From positions 3,551,324-3,615,323 of the forward strand of contig BDGG01000001.1 of NCBI GenBank assembly GCA_001949185.1: a stretch of DNA of 64,000 nt. The letters run 5' to 3'. The translations under genes and the position numbers were made by a program. Source of the DNA: Ramazzottius varieornatus (taxonomy: Eukaryota; Animalia; Tardigrada). Positions 12,389 to 24,460 of the stretch are shown one piece after another. The notes below the pieces were generated by a model, which was not told the DNA's origin, made no database searches, and was given only the letters and a program-made list of their open reading frames with translations. Within the stretch, counting starts at the first letter, position 1, and every line of letters starts with the position of its first letter.

Positions 12389-14832
12389 CTAAGATTTCTT
12401 ACCAGAAGATTCCATGGGCGAAAACATTCTCAAGTAATCCGTATCGAAAAAGACAACCTGAAACAAAACAAAACTTACAAGGAGATCTTCTTCAGGACCA
12501 TCGCACGCCGACTATGAAACAATCATTTTTTCGTGATTGCTGAGGGTCGTGGCTATCTACAAGCAAGCACCAAGAAAGACCATGGATCCCTTCCTGGATC
12601 AGGAGAAAATCCTGAAAGCTTGGAGTCGTCTTTTACTTCGTATGGCACCACCAAGTTCTCGGGTGTCTACTGGTCTTGTATCGTTGGTAATATTGAATCG
12701 CTGGCAACATAAACGATGTACGTGTACTCCTGAAACCTCAACTGTTTCAGATTAGTCAAAGAAATTATCCGATTTTCACCGCCATTTCCGTCAAGTATTA
12801 ACTACGCCTTGTGCCATGGGAAGAAACCTTGATGAAAGTCGTAAATTTGCTTTGACTAATCCGAAACAGTAGAAGTGTTCAGAAGTGAATCTACGTCGCT
12901 TTTGTTGCCGGCGATACGAGAACTCGTAGACAGTCGAGAACTTATTGGTTTCGACCTTGATCCAGGAAGGAATCTATGGCCGTTCTTGCTGCTTGTTCGC
13001 AGATAGCCACGATCCTTAGCAATCACGAAAAAACAACGATTCATATGATAATCGGCACATGATGATCCTGAAGGCCCTTTGTTAGCGTCTCATGACTTTC
13101 CTACGGTAATGCAGATCACGACACCATACCTGTACAGTCATGTCATCCCGTTGATAGCGCGCCTCCTCCACGCTCGCACTTAGCGCCTGGGACAGCTTCT
13201 TCACGTCCAGCCCTTCCACCGTACTACCGAGAGCATGTCGGATGACATGCGTCGCCACATTACTATCGTCCGGCTTCTTCGACTGTGCCACGGACCTCTT
13301 CTTCAGTCTGACGTTGAGTTCCGCCAAAGTGGAGTGCGGGGTTACGACAAAAGGCTGAAGAGCTCGTCGACCACTCATATGCTCGATCACCAGTTCACCG
13401 GCACTCCTTTCATCCAGGAAGTCAAAAAGACCATCGCTGGACAACATCATGAACTTGTTGTGTCCAATCAGCCTGTGATGCACAACCTAACAAAGGAGAG
13501 GTAGTTTCAGACTATGAACGCATTAACTGACAAACAGAGCTTACATCCGGTTCGGCTGTTAGATATGGAGGCGTTGCGTATCCATTTGGAAACAAATGCA
13601 TAAGCTGGTAGTTTTTCAGGATGGCTTTGAGCTTCGCAACTGGCCATTTGTACTGACAATCACCGAAAGCTCTGAGGGGATACAGCTGCCCAAGAAGACG
13701 TTCAGCTGTAACTACCGTCGCTTCTTCTCCCGGGTGGTCTTTCAGGATTCTTTCCATCTCGGATTTGTTCTCATGCGTATGCTGAGCAGCTAAGCTCTTG
13801 GTCGTCCAAATGTCTTCGTCGTCCCTGCTGGCAATGAAGGCCGAACAATCACCTAATGAGCAACGAAACACAGTCAATAATCAAGACATGGTTCTTGACT
13901 ACTGGTGCCTGCTGACACTTACCGGTACTTGCTACATAAAGATCACAATCGTCCACGTAAGCGGCACATACGACGGCACCGCTTAGCGATGAGGCAAGGT
14001 TCTCCAAGTTGTTTTGTTCCGTAGCTTGATCGTTTTCATCCAGAGATTCCAGTCCGCACGAAGACAGGTCATTATCTAGCCGCACGAAAGCATCCTTCAG
14101 CTTCTGTGAGATGTCCGAGCTATCGTCTTTAGAGTTCAGGCGATCGATCACGTAATTCTTGAGCCATTTCAAATGAACAGTCCGCTGGCCGGATACTAAA
14201 TAGTCGCCGGGATGAAGTCTCCTACTGACGAGCTGAGGTAACTAAACAGATACGCAAAAGATCAGTTTCTCAAATCGAGCCAAGATGGTTGAGTCGGTCA
14301 CCCCGAACGTCTGCTTATCATGAGAGGGTGACCGATTCATTGTTCTTGACCCGGACCCGCACTCTGCAGGTATAGAACAACTTCAACTTGCTTCTCAGAG
14401 TCAGACGATTCAGTACCTTACTTGGAAGTTGGACTGGGCCGACGCATCCATCTCTCTCGCAATGCGATCCAGACCATCTTTGTCCATCAAAGCGACAGAA
14501 ACGTAGTCAGCCAGGCGTTCACTGATGGCTTGTCCACATGCCGGTCCACCATGGCCATCTATCACAGAAAACAGCATCCCGCCTGCCCGCAACAACTGGG
14601 CCTCTATGCAACGATCCTCGATCGGGAAATTGGCCGCAAGCTGACTGACTTCATATGACTTGATCGGTGGAGGGAGCTCGACTTCCGCCGAGGAGGCTTC
14701 GCGTAGACGTAGCACATGATTAATCTGCTGCGGCGTCAGCTTCGTTTTCACACCACCCGTGACTTGCAAATGGAACGAGCGAATCTGATAAGAAAGGTAC
14801 GGATAAGCGCGAGTGAGGAAGTAACTAGACAT
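12389..14832 (-). CDS. PDP1: Mitochondrial pyruvate dehydrogenase phosphatase catalytic subunit (PP2C family); multi-exon
   Basis: QLAANFPIEDR, FSVIDGHGGPAC, RLLGQLYPLRAFGD, TPPYLTAEP, LSSDGLFD, DSNVATHVIRHAL and RDDMTV motifs; Arg/hydrophobic N-terminus resembling a transit peptide. Confidence 0.92.
12478..13081. mobile_element. Foldback MITE with Tc4/Tc5-type ends in the last PDP1 intron
   Basis: Imperfect inverted repeats over most of its 604 bp (e.g. TTTTTCGTGATTGCT..GGCTATCT versus its complement near 13000-13030). Ends CAAGG / CCTTTG; TTA on both sides (12475-77, 13082-84); reconstructed target CTTAG. Confidence 0.8.
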
Positions 14833-15131
14833 CGTGGGAAAGCTCGTTCGGATCTTTCGTAGTCGCGCGGATACCTGACTAACGAAGAACAACAACTTAC
14901 ACTTTTTAGGGCAGATTGACGTCACTGTGAACTAGGAACACTAGGCACTGATGGGTTGATTGCCTGATGAGTAGGACACCGTCGGGGCATTTCATCGCAA
15001 TACCGAGACTGTTTTCCGAGTTCGTGACACAAACTTTGCAGACTTCTCTAAATTTTCTACCTTGTTCCTTCGTTTCCGAGCTGCACGGAATGGCATCCAT
15101 CTTGATCGGGTAGCCCAGCTAGGTCTTCAAG

Positions 15132-15894
15132 ATGCATGGAGTGAATGGAGAAGGGAGTTTCAGCAGTGTATGGGAGTCATGTGAGTTCCCTTTACCAGAA
15201 TTAGGATTTAGGAATTCAGCTTTCGAGTATTATGCTGGTAGTCGCATGCTGACGTGTTGTAGTTCTCAGCGTTCTCTCGAGCTATGGCTGGATACTGGCA
15301 TCAATACTCTTTGCGTATTTCCTGCTGAAAGACAAGGTGCTTGTATGGAGGGCTTCGTTGGGAAAGAGCGAAGATGGCGAAGCAGCACCAGAATCAGGTT
15401 GGCTAGATTTGGTTCTCGGTGACGGAGGTTAAAAGTTTTCATGGCACTATCAACCTTATATGTGTCATACAGAACGGCAGCTTCTCTTGGAAAAGCAGCG
15501 TGAAGCCAGACGAAACCAGCAAGAAAGACTCGACGCGCTTTCTCATGCACATGCCGAAAGAATAAAAATCGTGAGTACAATACCTTTTGCGCTAATAAAG
15601 CTCGTTAAAGTTTCCATGCACACGTCCGCCTTTGTCTTTGCTATATTTTAGGCGGAAGAAGAGAAGCGTAGGCAGCGACTCGCGGAGCTGGAAGAGAAGA
15701 CTGTGAATGGTGGACGTCGTCTGGGAAGTAATCTGCACTATGTGGAGTCTGGCGATTCAGCGACGGCCTCGACGTCCAAGAAGCCTTCTGGTCCTCGTCT
15801 ACGCAATAACGATTATAACCCTTTAACGGGTGACTGCGGTGGTAGCAGACCGAGACCTCAGGGTAGAAACTCTTCCAACAAGCGAGGATGATAA
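15132..15894 (+). CDS. SELENOS: Selenoprotein S (VIMP); exons 15132-15180, 15263-15397, 15473-15570, 15652-15894; TGA 15889-91 read as Sec, stop TAA 15892-94
   Basis: Canonical GT-AG joins keep frame. The product has a TM segment SSYGWILASILFAYFLL, a coiled coil (REARRNQQERLD..AEEEKRRQRL) and the tail RLRNNDYNPLTGDCGGSRPRPQGR...KRG-TGA-TAA, matching the SelS YNPL.G motif. A SECIS follows downstream. Confidence 0.9.
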
Positions 15895-15967
15895 ATGCTT
15901 TCTCCTCAGCTGTGAAAGGCAGAGGAGTCAAGGCTGCTTACGATGGGGCTCTTCGAAAGACTAGCTG

Positions 15968-16027
15968 TGCGGTAGTGAAGCTGTTGGCCGAAAAGTTCGC
16001 GGACCAAGCCAAGAGCTGATGGCTGCA
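15968..16027 (+). promoter_or_regulatory. SECIS element (type II, GUGA core) in SELENOS 3' UTR
   Basis: Helix I UGCGGU/GCUGCA; core G-UGAA (15975-79) opposite UGAU (16017-20); helix II GCUGUUGGC/GCCAAGAGC; apical AAAA (15991-94) plus minihelix GUUC-GCG-GAC; about 84 nt after the UGA. Confidence 0.82.
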
Positions 16028-16284
16028 GGTGAATCTTTTGGTTGTGTTTGTGAAACCTACTTCGTACTGCATTCAAATATTTAACACCTACAACAAAGAC
16101 TTCTGCATCATAATTTTTATTTTCATTTCCGTTTACTCACAAAATTCAAGTTTTAAGTTTTTGTCATCAAAAGTGAATTTATTCTAGTGTTCGATATGGT
16201 CTTTAGAACTTTTTGGGAATTCGAAAACAGCAATAGCGATAAACAAAGAACCTTCTTCCATTCCCTCAGTACTAAATGAGGGAG

Positions 16285-17190
16285 TCACTGACCTAATTTC
16301 AGAATTGTGAGAGCAGACATTCCGTTCAAATGTGGACAGGGCCTCGCCTTCCGGCGCCGCTGTGCATCGTAGTGGATTCCTCCGTGGATACAGGCTCGCA
16401 GACGGTTCGACGCTGGCAGTGACCCTGTCGAACGAAAGCACCAACGTTGCTTAGAGCATGCGGCGTATCTCTTCGACCATTTTTCACCTACATTGCAGCA
16501 AGACAGTTTAGCGCGAAGCTCATCCGGCAACCGGCATACGCTGCCCGCGTCGCATTCGTGACAGTCCTTGTCAGCACCGCATTCTGTTAGAAATATTAGT
16601 CTATTAGGGTGAAACCAATGACCCTCAGAAAGTGCGTGCAGGTACTTACTTAACCAGCATCGTTTTCCCGGGGCGGACTTTGGCAGGTCCAGACAGTCGT
16701 AATGAAGACGAGGAGCTCCATGAAGACAGTCGGATGGACTATCACAAGCTTTTGGTCCCGAGAAATGACACTGGCCAGAGCTGCAGTGATACATTGGGCG
16801 GCAGTCTAAACTGGTGGTGCACTTCCCATCTAAACGGGAGGAGAAGCAAGTATGATGAATTCCAAGCGGACATTATGCGAGAACATCAGTATCGGACCTA
16901 TCGCTGCTTGACAGGTAGTCACTCATTGCAGACTTACGGATACTGTCCATGGCGGCTTCTTGGGTGGACCTACAGAGTTGCATCATCCGGTCACAGATCG
17001 GAGTATTCGGGTTCGCGCAGTCCCTGTCGTAGTGGCAGAATCTCATGTCTTGGGGGTCGGTTTTGAGGAGTCGCAGCGCTGTTGCCTCTATCGCTGGATG
17101 CACTGGTCGAGGTAAGATTTCCTGTAAGCTGCTGCCTATTAGCACAAAAAACAAAAGATGTCTAAAATACGTTGAACGTCGATGCGGCAT
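16285..17190 (-). CDS. Secreted cysteine-rich protein of unknown family; 3 exons
   Basis: Signal-like RHLLFFVLIGSSLQ followed by repeated C-x4-D-C modules (CHYDRDC, CTTSLDC, CDSPSDC, CGADKDC); exons join at GT-AG. Confidence 0.65.
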
Positions 17191-17998
17191 TTCTGACTCC
17201 CTCAAAGCAACAGGTTTCCCGCTTCCGGTTGAAATAAAAGATGTGGATGAAACGTGGTGAGCTTGGACGAGGAAACTGAGTAGAAAACGTTTTTGTTATT
17301 TAGCTTCATAACGCTGGGAATTTACCGGGAACCATGTCATACCAATGTGGGCGTTTCCACTTAATGTTGTGATCTGATTTCAGGAAGGATAACTAATCTG
17401 GGCTATCGGATTACCCTCTGACCGGTGGATGGAAGTCGAGTTACTGTGAGTATTTTATACATGACTGTAACACTGTAGGATATCTCTAATAGTAGAAACA
17501 CGTCCAAGCCAGTCAGATTTGCGAGAAGGGAGCAGTATCACAAAGAAGGTAGTATAATTCGAAACCGTGGGAGTCAGTTGGTGTTTGTTGTTGAGCGTGA
17601 AACATCTCGCAATCATGATAAACAACGAGCATATCGTTCTTATGACGCCCTGCTCTTCACAGGTGTCAAACATGGTGTATGTAATTCTTGCAACAAGAAC
17701 GGAATTGAATTATTCTTCTGAGTCTTGACCGAAGGCGCTGCCTGAAAACAATTGCCTTCCAGGCGTAGCGATATGACGAAAAATCTCGAACGACAAAAGA
17801 ATATACGCGTTCCGAAGTCAAGCGCAGAGAAATTGTTAATGCTAGCGTCAAGCGCGACCTGCATGCTTTCGAAAGCTTCTGCTGAGTTATTTGGAAAACG
17901 AATAGTTTCATCTGTTTCATCCGTACGTCTCTGCGAGAAGAGCTGAGACGTGTCGGCGCCGGTGGATGGGACGGAGAAACTTTAGTCGGAAAGACACC

Positions 17999-20900
17999 AT
18001 GTCGACATCCCGGGATTTCGAGCATTCTATTTTATGTTCTACCGCGTCTCGATCATCGTACTTCCCTAGTATGAACACTGAACATGTAGCCGGAAGACAC
18101 TTCAGGATACCACCCGAGTTTGCTGATCCTCATGAAACCACAGGTGGTCATCCGCAACGAGATCATGATGACTGTGAACGCCCCATTCGAAGAAAATATT
18201 ACGTAGGTTCGAAGTTGTCCTTTTTCTGATCGACAAAAAATCCGCATATTCAGAGCGATTTTTTCGAAATGGTCCGATCAGTCTGAAGATATTCAGGTCT
18301 GAAAATATTCGTTCTCTGAACTTTTGGCCCATCGAACGTATTGTTTAATTCGGAATTATGGTCTGATGAACAATCTTTGTTTTGGCTTCCATAGATGAGC
18401 GAGGAAAAATACGGTGGGAAGCCACTTCCGGGTTACCAGTTCCCTCTACGCTACGAAGGCGGCGAGAACTCGCTATTCCACGCTTGCGAACAGGACCATG
18501 TGGATGTGGTTATTCGGCTCATCGCCCATGGCGTGGACCCGAACCGCCGTAAAGATGGCTATCACCAAATGCACATAATTCATGTGACGGCTGCTCACGG
18601 CGCCATTGAAGTGCTGTCCTATCTGCTTACCAAATTCGCCGAGGAGTTTTCGTACAAGCCGTCCCAGTTGGCCAACCTCGTAGATGCTGAAGGCTCCACA
18701 GCACTTCACTGGGCTCTACAGAAGCGCTGGAAGAAATGCTGCATTTTACTTCTGCAGAATGGGGCTCGCATCGATCTTGCCCAAATAAGTGTAAATATGC
18801 AAACGCGATCGCGGCAAAAAAACTGGACAAGACCGTCTTCCAAAGTGGCGCACGCTTTCAGGCCATATCACTGAAAACATGCAGCACTTGAATCTTGCCA
18901 CGTTTTTTTGCTGACTTTCCACATCATCTCATTCAATGAAGTCTTCGGGATAGAGTACGCTATCTTTGAGTTTGTAGGGTTTTTTGGCTACCCCGGTTTG
19001 TATTGCCTGCTCCCAAGGACTGGTCGATATCCTAGAACTGATGTGGACCCATTCACCCGGGGAATTCACAAACAGTCTGGCAATGGCCGATGACGACGGT
19101 TTCTTGCCTATCCATTTGGCTGCCGTCATGAACGCACTCCCCGTTTTAACGCTCCTGATAGACAAGGTAAAGTAAAGAGCTGTGACAACAAGCATCTTTG
19201 ACAAGTTCTCGCATAATGGATTTGCTGCTTATATAGTTCGGCATGAGACGTCCTGTTTTATAGGGGGCGGACCCAAATGCACCTGACAGCGAAGGTCGCA
19301 CTTCCGTGCTGTTGAGTGCCGCATCAGGAGCCTGGTCTACTGTCAAACTGCTAGTCACCAGCGGTGCTCGTCCCTTCCAAGCAGACCGGATGGGAAGGAC
19401 CATTATCCACCTGGGCGCCATTCTTGGAAGTTTCCCGGAGCAGAACACGGCGCTGGCGACAGCCGATCTTTGCGCGGTTGGTCAATTTTTTTCCATCGCG
19501 GCTGGACACTGCTGTAAACCATGCTTGTTTTTGTTCTGTTCAGATCAAAGAAGAAGTGGCCAAGCACGTTAACGACAAAGACTCGTTGGGTTGCACCGCA
19601 TTGCATTACGCAGCCGCCTACGGGAACCTGGAGGTCTTCCGACATTTAGTTCAAAAGGGCGCGAACATCAAGATTAGGAGCGCAGAAAACAAATCAGTTC
19701 TGCACTATGCTGCTCAATATGGTGCGTCAGCGCTGATAAGGATGCTGCTCATGGACAACGAATATGATGTATCCTACATGATCAACCTTTCTGACAATCG
19801 AGGTATGTCACTTTTCCGACGCCGTTACTGTTCGCTAACACCTGTGTGTTCATTCTGGGGGACTCACCGCTGTTGCTCGCCACTCGGAATGGAAACAAGG
19901 AAGTAGTCGACCTTCTGATATCCAAAGGAGCCTTGTTATTCCGTGACGAAAGGGGAAGAACCGCGGTCCATGCGGCTGCCGTCAGAGGATTCACGGGTAA
20001 CTGACCTTGATGCGAAATCGGAGTTATGACCTAATAATTCCGTGACGAAGCTTTGCGAGACACAGTAGAATTACATAGGTATGAGACTGTATTTGATTCA
20101 TTGTAGACATAATCAACCTGCTTCTGATCCAGTTTCCCAAATCTCTCAACTACGCGGACTACCGTGGGGTACGTTTCAAACATAGATTTCTCTCTTTCGA
20201 CTTCATTTCTCGACTTTCGACTTCCTCACGAACCGGGTGTAAAAGCATGTCATGTTTCGGAATCTCAGTCGCCTGTCTTTCCGTGCAGAATACCGCACTG
20301 CACGTTGCAGCCATCAGCACCTTCCCGGCCAGCGTGTCGTGCTTGCTGTCGCACGGTGCCGCCCTTACAGAAAACGACAAAGGGCGTTCTGCCATAGACC
20401 TTGCCATCGGCGAGAAGAACCAGCCGACTGCTTTGGCCTTCGTCAACCACAAACGCTGGCGGGAGGTCGTGGGCTCGGCTTCCAACGAGTATGGCAGTGT
20501 GGCTATGGGGCTGTCTGTTGTCCTGCCAGAAGTCATGCTGGTCGCCCTGGACCGCTGCATCTTGCTTTCGGACCACGTCGCACTGGACCCAGAGTACCAC
20601 GTAAGTCTGTCGCACTGAACTGCTTCGCTTTTTTCTCTATATGAACGTAATATCATGAAAGAAGATGTTGGGTGCACCTTTGTAGATCCTGTATGATTTC
20701 ACCTTGCTGGAGCCGCTGCACGAGATGGAAAAGGAGGAGAATTCCCACAAAGAGAAAGAAACAGAACAAGACAAAGTTGATATCTCGAAGGTACGTGCGA
20801 ACTTTAATGTAGATTGATTATGGTGATTCCAATAATAAAAAAGCCCTGATCATATTTTTACCGTAAAAAGTGATCAACATGAACCAGGTGAATACTGATA

Positions 20901-23900
20901 AAGCTACACTGAGCCCCATAATAATCTATCCACCCCCATTTTTGTTTAAAAATTTATAACTTATTTCGCACTAACCCGATTTTGATATTTTGAACGTCTT
21001 TATGGAGATCAGTGTTTGATCTTTACGACCACGTGACTTCCGTATGAATCAATCAGCAAATCAACTGGCAGTATCATCCCTACCAACACCTAAAACTGCC
21101 TTGTTTTCGGCTCCGAGTTGCGGGTGCTAGCCAGCAGATACCACATCATGCTTGTTACTAGTATGTGGCCCCAACATTAGGCTTTCAAGTAAGCCTATGT
21201 GAGAAATTTTGGAACGCTGCGGAAAAGATTTCGTTGACATACCTACATGCACCTTTTGCCGCATGAAACGCGATAGTTCTTCGTTACCTCTTGATACCTT
21301 CCGTTTCGACTGACCGAATGACTCAAACTACAAAGTCTGATTATCTTTATAAAAGGTGGGACCATTTGAACGTAACTTGGCAGCAAGCATGTCGAAGACA
21401 AGTCGTCGTGAATACTCACCACCGAAAATAACCGAGAATACTTCCTGGTTGACACGACAACACAGCTTTTTCTGCATATCTGCAAAATTTTCTCACATGG
21501 GCTTACTTGAAAGTTCAATGTTGGGACTACATAATAGTAACAAGCATGGTGTGCTGTCTGCTGGCTAGCACCCGCAACTCGGAGCCGAAAACAAGGCAGT
21601 TTCAGACGTTCGTTGCGATGTTAATGCCAGTTGACTTGCTGATCGATTCATACGAAAGTCACGTGGTCGTGAAGACGAAACACTGATAAAGACGTTCAAA
21701 ATATCAGAATCGGATTAGAGCGAAATAAGTTATGAAGTTTTGAAACGAAGATGGGGGTGGACAGATAAATATGGGACTCAGTGTACCAATGCACCATAGG
21801 AAATGGCTCCGCATACTATCTTATTCGAAAATAACGCACTACCAAAGTGCGCCGCATAATAGAAAATAATGATTTACTTAACGAACTGGTTTCCTGGAGA
21901 AATTGTCAATGAATGATTAATTGATGATCTCTGTGTCATGTTTTCGTACAGGGCATTTCGCTGAACAACGATCTCGTCTGTCATCCGTTGACGAGAATGT
22001 TACTGGAAAGAAAATGGTGGGAACAACATAGTTTTTTCCTTTTCCTTGACGGCGCTCGAACAGGAGGGATTTTATGTTTCAGGAGAATGTATGGAATGTA
22101 CGCCTACTGCAGTCTCTTTTGTTCCTACCTGCTGTTCTTGGCGCTGCTGACCTTCGTCGTGGTGACCGGCATTCAGACTCGTTTGATCCCGAGGCTTTTG
22201 ATGGCTTCTTACCACAATGTGGAACACTTTGTACCAAACGCAGTCAACAGCTCGGGTTTCCAGCAGCTGTTACTCAGGGCCCAAATGGCAAACGCATCCA
22301 AAGACAATGCACAACTCCGCACTTTCTTCGGTGCTGGAGTGGCTGTGTTTCTTTTGCTGTTCTTCTTTCTCATCAAGGAAATCATCGAGCTTCGTTCAAA
22401 AGTACTATTGTATAGGACGTGGGCAGATTAGTCAGCCGGAAGTGTGCGCCACTTGGTTGAACGATCCGGTTGAAGGCATTTGCCCCCGTCTTACATTTTG
22501 TCCACTATTTTTCCCACCCTTTTTCACCTTTTTAATGATTTCTTTCCGTTCTGTAGGGTTGGCGGTATTTTAATGATGTGGTCAACTACCTGGAAATAGT
22601 CATGATCGGATGTTGCATGACTTTCATATGCTCCTACCTGTACGAAGTGCATTCTAACGTCGACATCTGGCTGACTTGGCAAATGGGTGCTCTGACAATC
22701 TTTCTTGCTTGGTTCAACTTGCTTCGCTACTGTCAAGCGTAAGAAATGTACCTCGAGGTACTAACTGAACCCCGTAAAAAGGGTTTGGTCAATTAATTCA
22801 GTATATGTTTTCAGGTTCGGCACATTTGGAATGTACGCAGTGATGTTCTTCACAGTCCTAAAGACCCTGGTGAAGGTCTCCGCTTTCTTCTTCATCCTGA
22901 CGGCCTCTTTCACCGTTACATTTTACGGGCTACTTCCCACCCTGGTTTACCCCAAGATCCCAGACTACTACACTACATTCTCTGCGGTACGAATACTGTC
23001 TCTCCACCTACTATTCCCTTAGCCCAACCCGGAAGTACAGTGTGAAATGTATTAATATGAGAGTAACCGAGGAACTTTTCCTTGCAGGATGAGCCACCTA
23101 AAGCAAGAGACTTGAAGACACCTCATCCCAACCTGTACACTTCAGCACTACGAGTAGGTGCGATGACCATTGGCGACGTGGATACAATCAGCAACTACAT
23201 CAACCCCCTCACCGATGGCACGCTACCCTTTCCCATTATGACCTTCATCGTCCTGATCGTTTTCTTCCTGATGATGCCCATTTTGCTAAATAACCTATTG
23301 GTATGTACACGTCAACACTATATCTTCAGCAAATATTTATGAAACTGATTATCCAGTAGCGAATATCTGAGTAGCGGCCTAAGTGCACTTAATCACCGGG
23401 AGGGGTTTCTTGATTGCAGACTGGTTTGGCCGTGGGGGATATCACCGCGACCATGAAGCTTTCCCTAAGTCACCGGCTGCGCAACCAGATTGAGGTTCAC
23501 CGTTTGATCGAAGTTCTGCTTCCCCAAAATGTCAGACGACGCTGGAAGGTTAGACTACAGTGCTATAAGTACTATCCCAACATCAGGCCAGGATGGCTGG
23601 ACGAGGTGAAGTTTTCATGTTTCGTTGGCATATCACGTCATTTGCAAAGGTAATTGTACTCTGATACTTTCGGATTGCTATCACAGGTGAGCCGCTGGTT
23701 GGCAGGTGGAACGAAGAAGGACGCAGCCCAATGGAACCGGAAATTGCCAGTCAGAGGGAAGAAGGGTCCCAAAGGAGCACAGGAGGGATTGACCAGCAGG
23801 AAGAAATTACTCGAGTAATGAAGCTGTTGTTGACGCTCCTATCATGCTATCGTTAACCCATTCCGCTGCTCTGATCAGTTTCTTTTTCCTGTGATAGTGA

Positions 23901-24183
23901 TATCTCATCAGAGCTGAGGACCATCTTACAATGGAAAAAGACAAAGAACATCGTTAACGAATACCCCGAAGAGTCCTCGGCCATCGTAGGGGACCATCGT
24001 GAATCATCAGCAAGTACCCTTCCCGTCTCCACCCATTCCAGAGATCTCTCTACGGCTCCACCCATCATCGGTGAAAGGCTTTTCTCGGTCCCTGATGCTA
24101 ATCGTTTACCAGTTGTGAGAAGACAACATTCGTTTAGTCATAGGGGAGACCTGACCGACCATAAGAGCTCTTCTAATATATAA
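17999..24183 (+). CDS. TRPA-family ion channel (ankyrin repeats + 6TM); multi-exon
   Basis: Many ankyrin repeats (TALHWA, PIHLAA, TALHYAA, TAVHAAA, TALHVAA), LVCHPLTRMLLERKW, TM region with FLAWFNLLRY, FGMYAVMFFTVLKT and MPILLNNLLTGLAVGDI; stop TAA 24181-83. One acceptor is non-canonical (see findings). Confidence 0.9.
20907..21783. mobile_element. Non-autonomous Tc1/mariner-type element with long TIRs in a TRPA intron
   Basis: About 235-bp imperfect TIRs (CACTGAGCCCCATA... / ...TATGGGACTCAGTG) including a perfect inner block AAAACTGCCTTGTTTTCGGCTCCGAGTTGCGGGTGCTAGCCAGCAGA-like; TA at 20905-06 and 21784-85. Confidence 0.88.
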
Positions 24184-24460
24184 CGCGTACATCAATAATT
24201 TCTGCCTGCAATCTACAGTAGTATGTTTTTACGTCTTTCAGAATGGAAAATCAATGAAAAAGAAAGCTTGTATCAAAGTAAGGATATTAATGTGCTGTTT
24301 TCACGCAACGGTGAATTGTATAAGAATCTAATGGAAGGAAAAACTGGATAATTACCAGAAAAAATGTCTTGTCGACCACTAGTGTTGCTCAATTAGGGTC
24401 GCTCCCAATCGGCTGCCCGTATGCTTTAATCGTCTGCTGAGAATGCTGTAATTACCGTAT

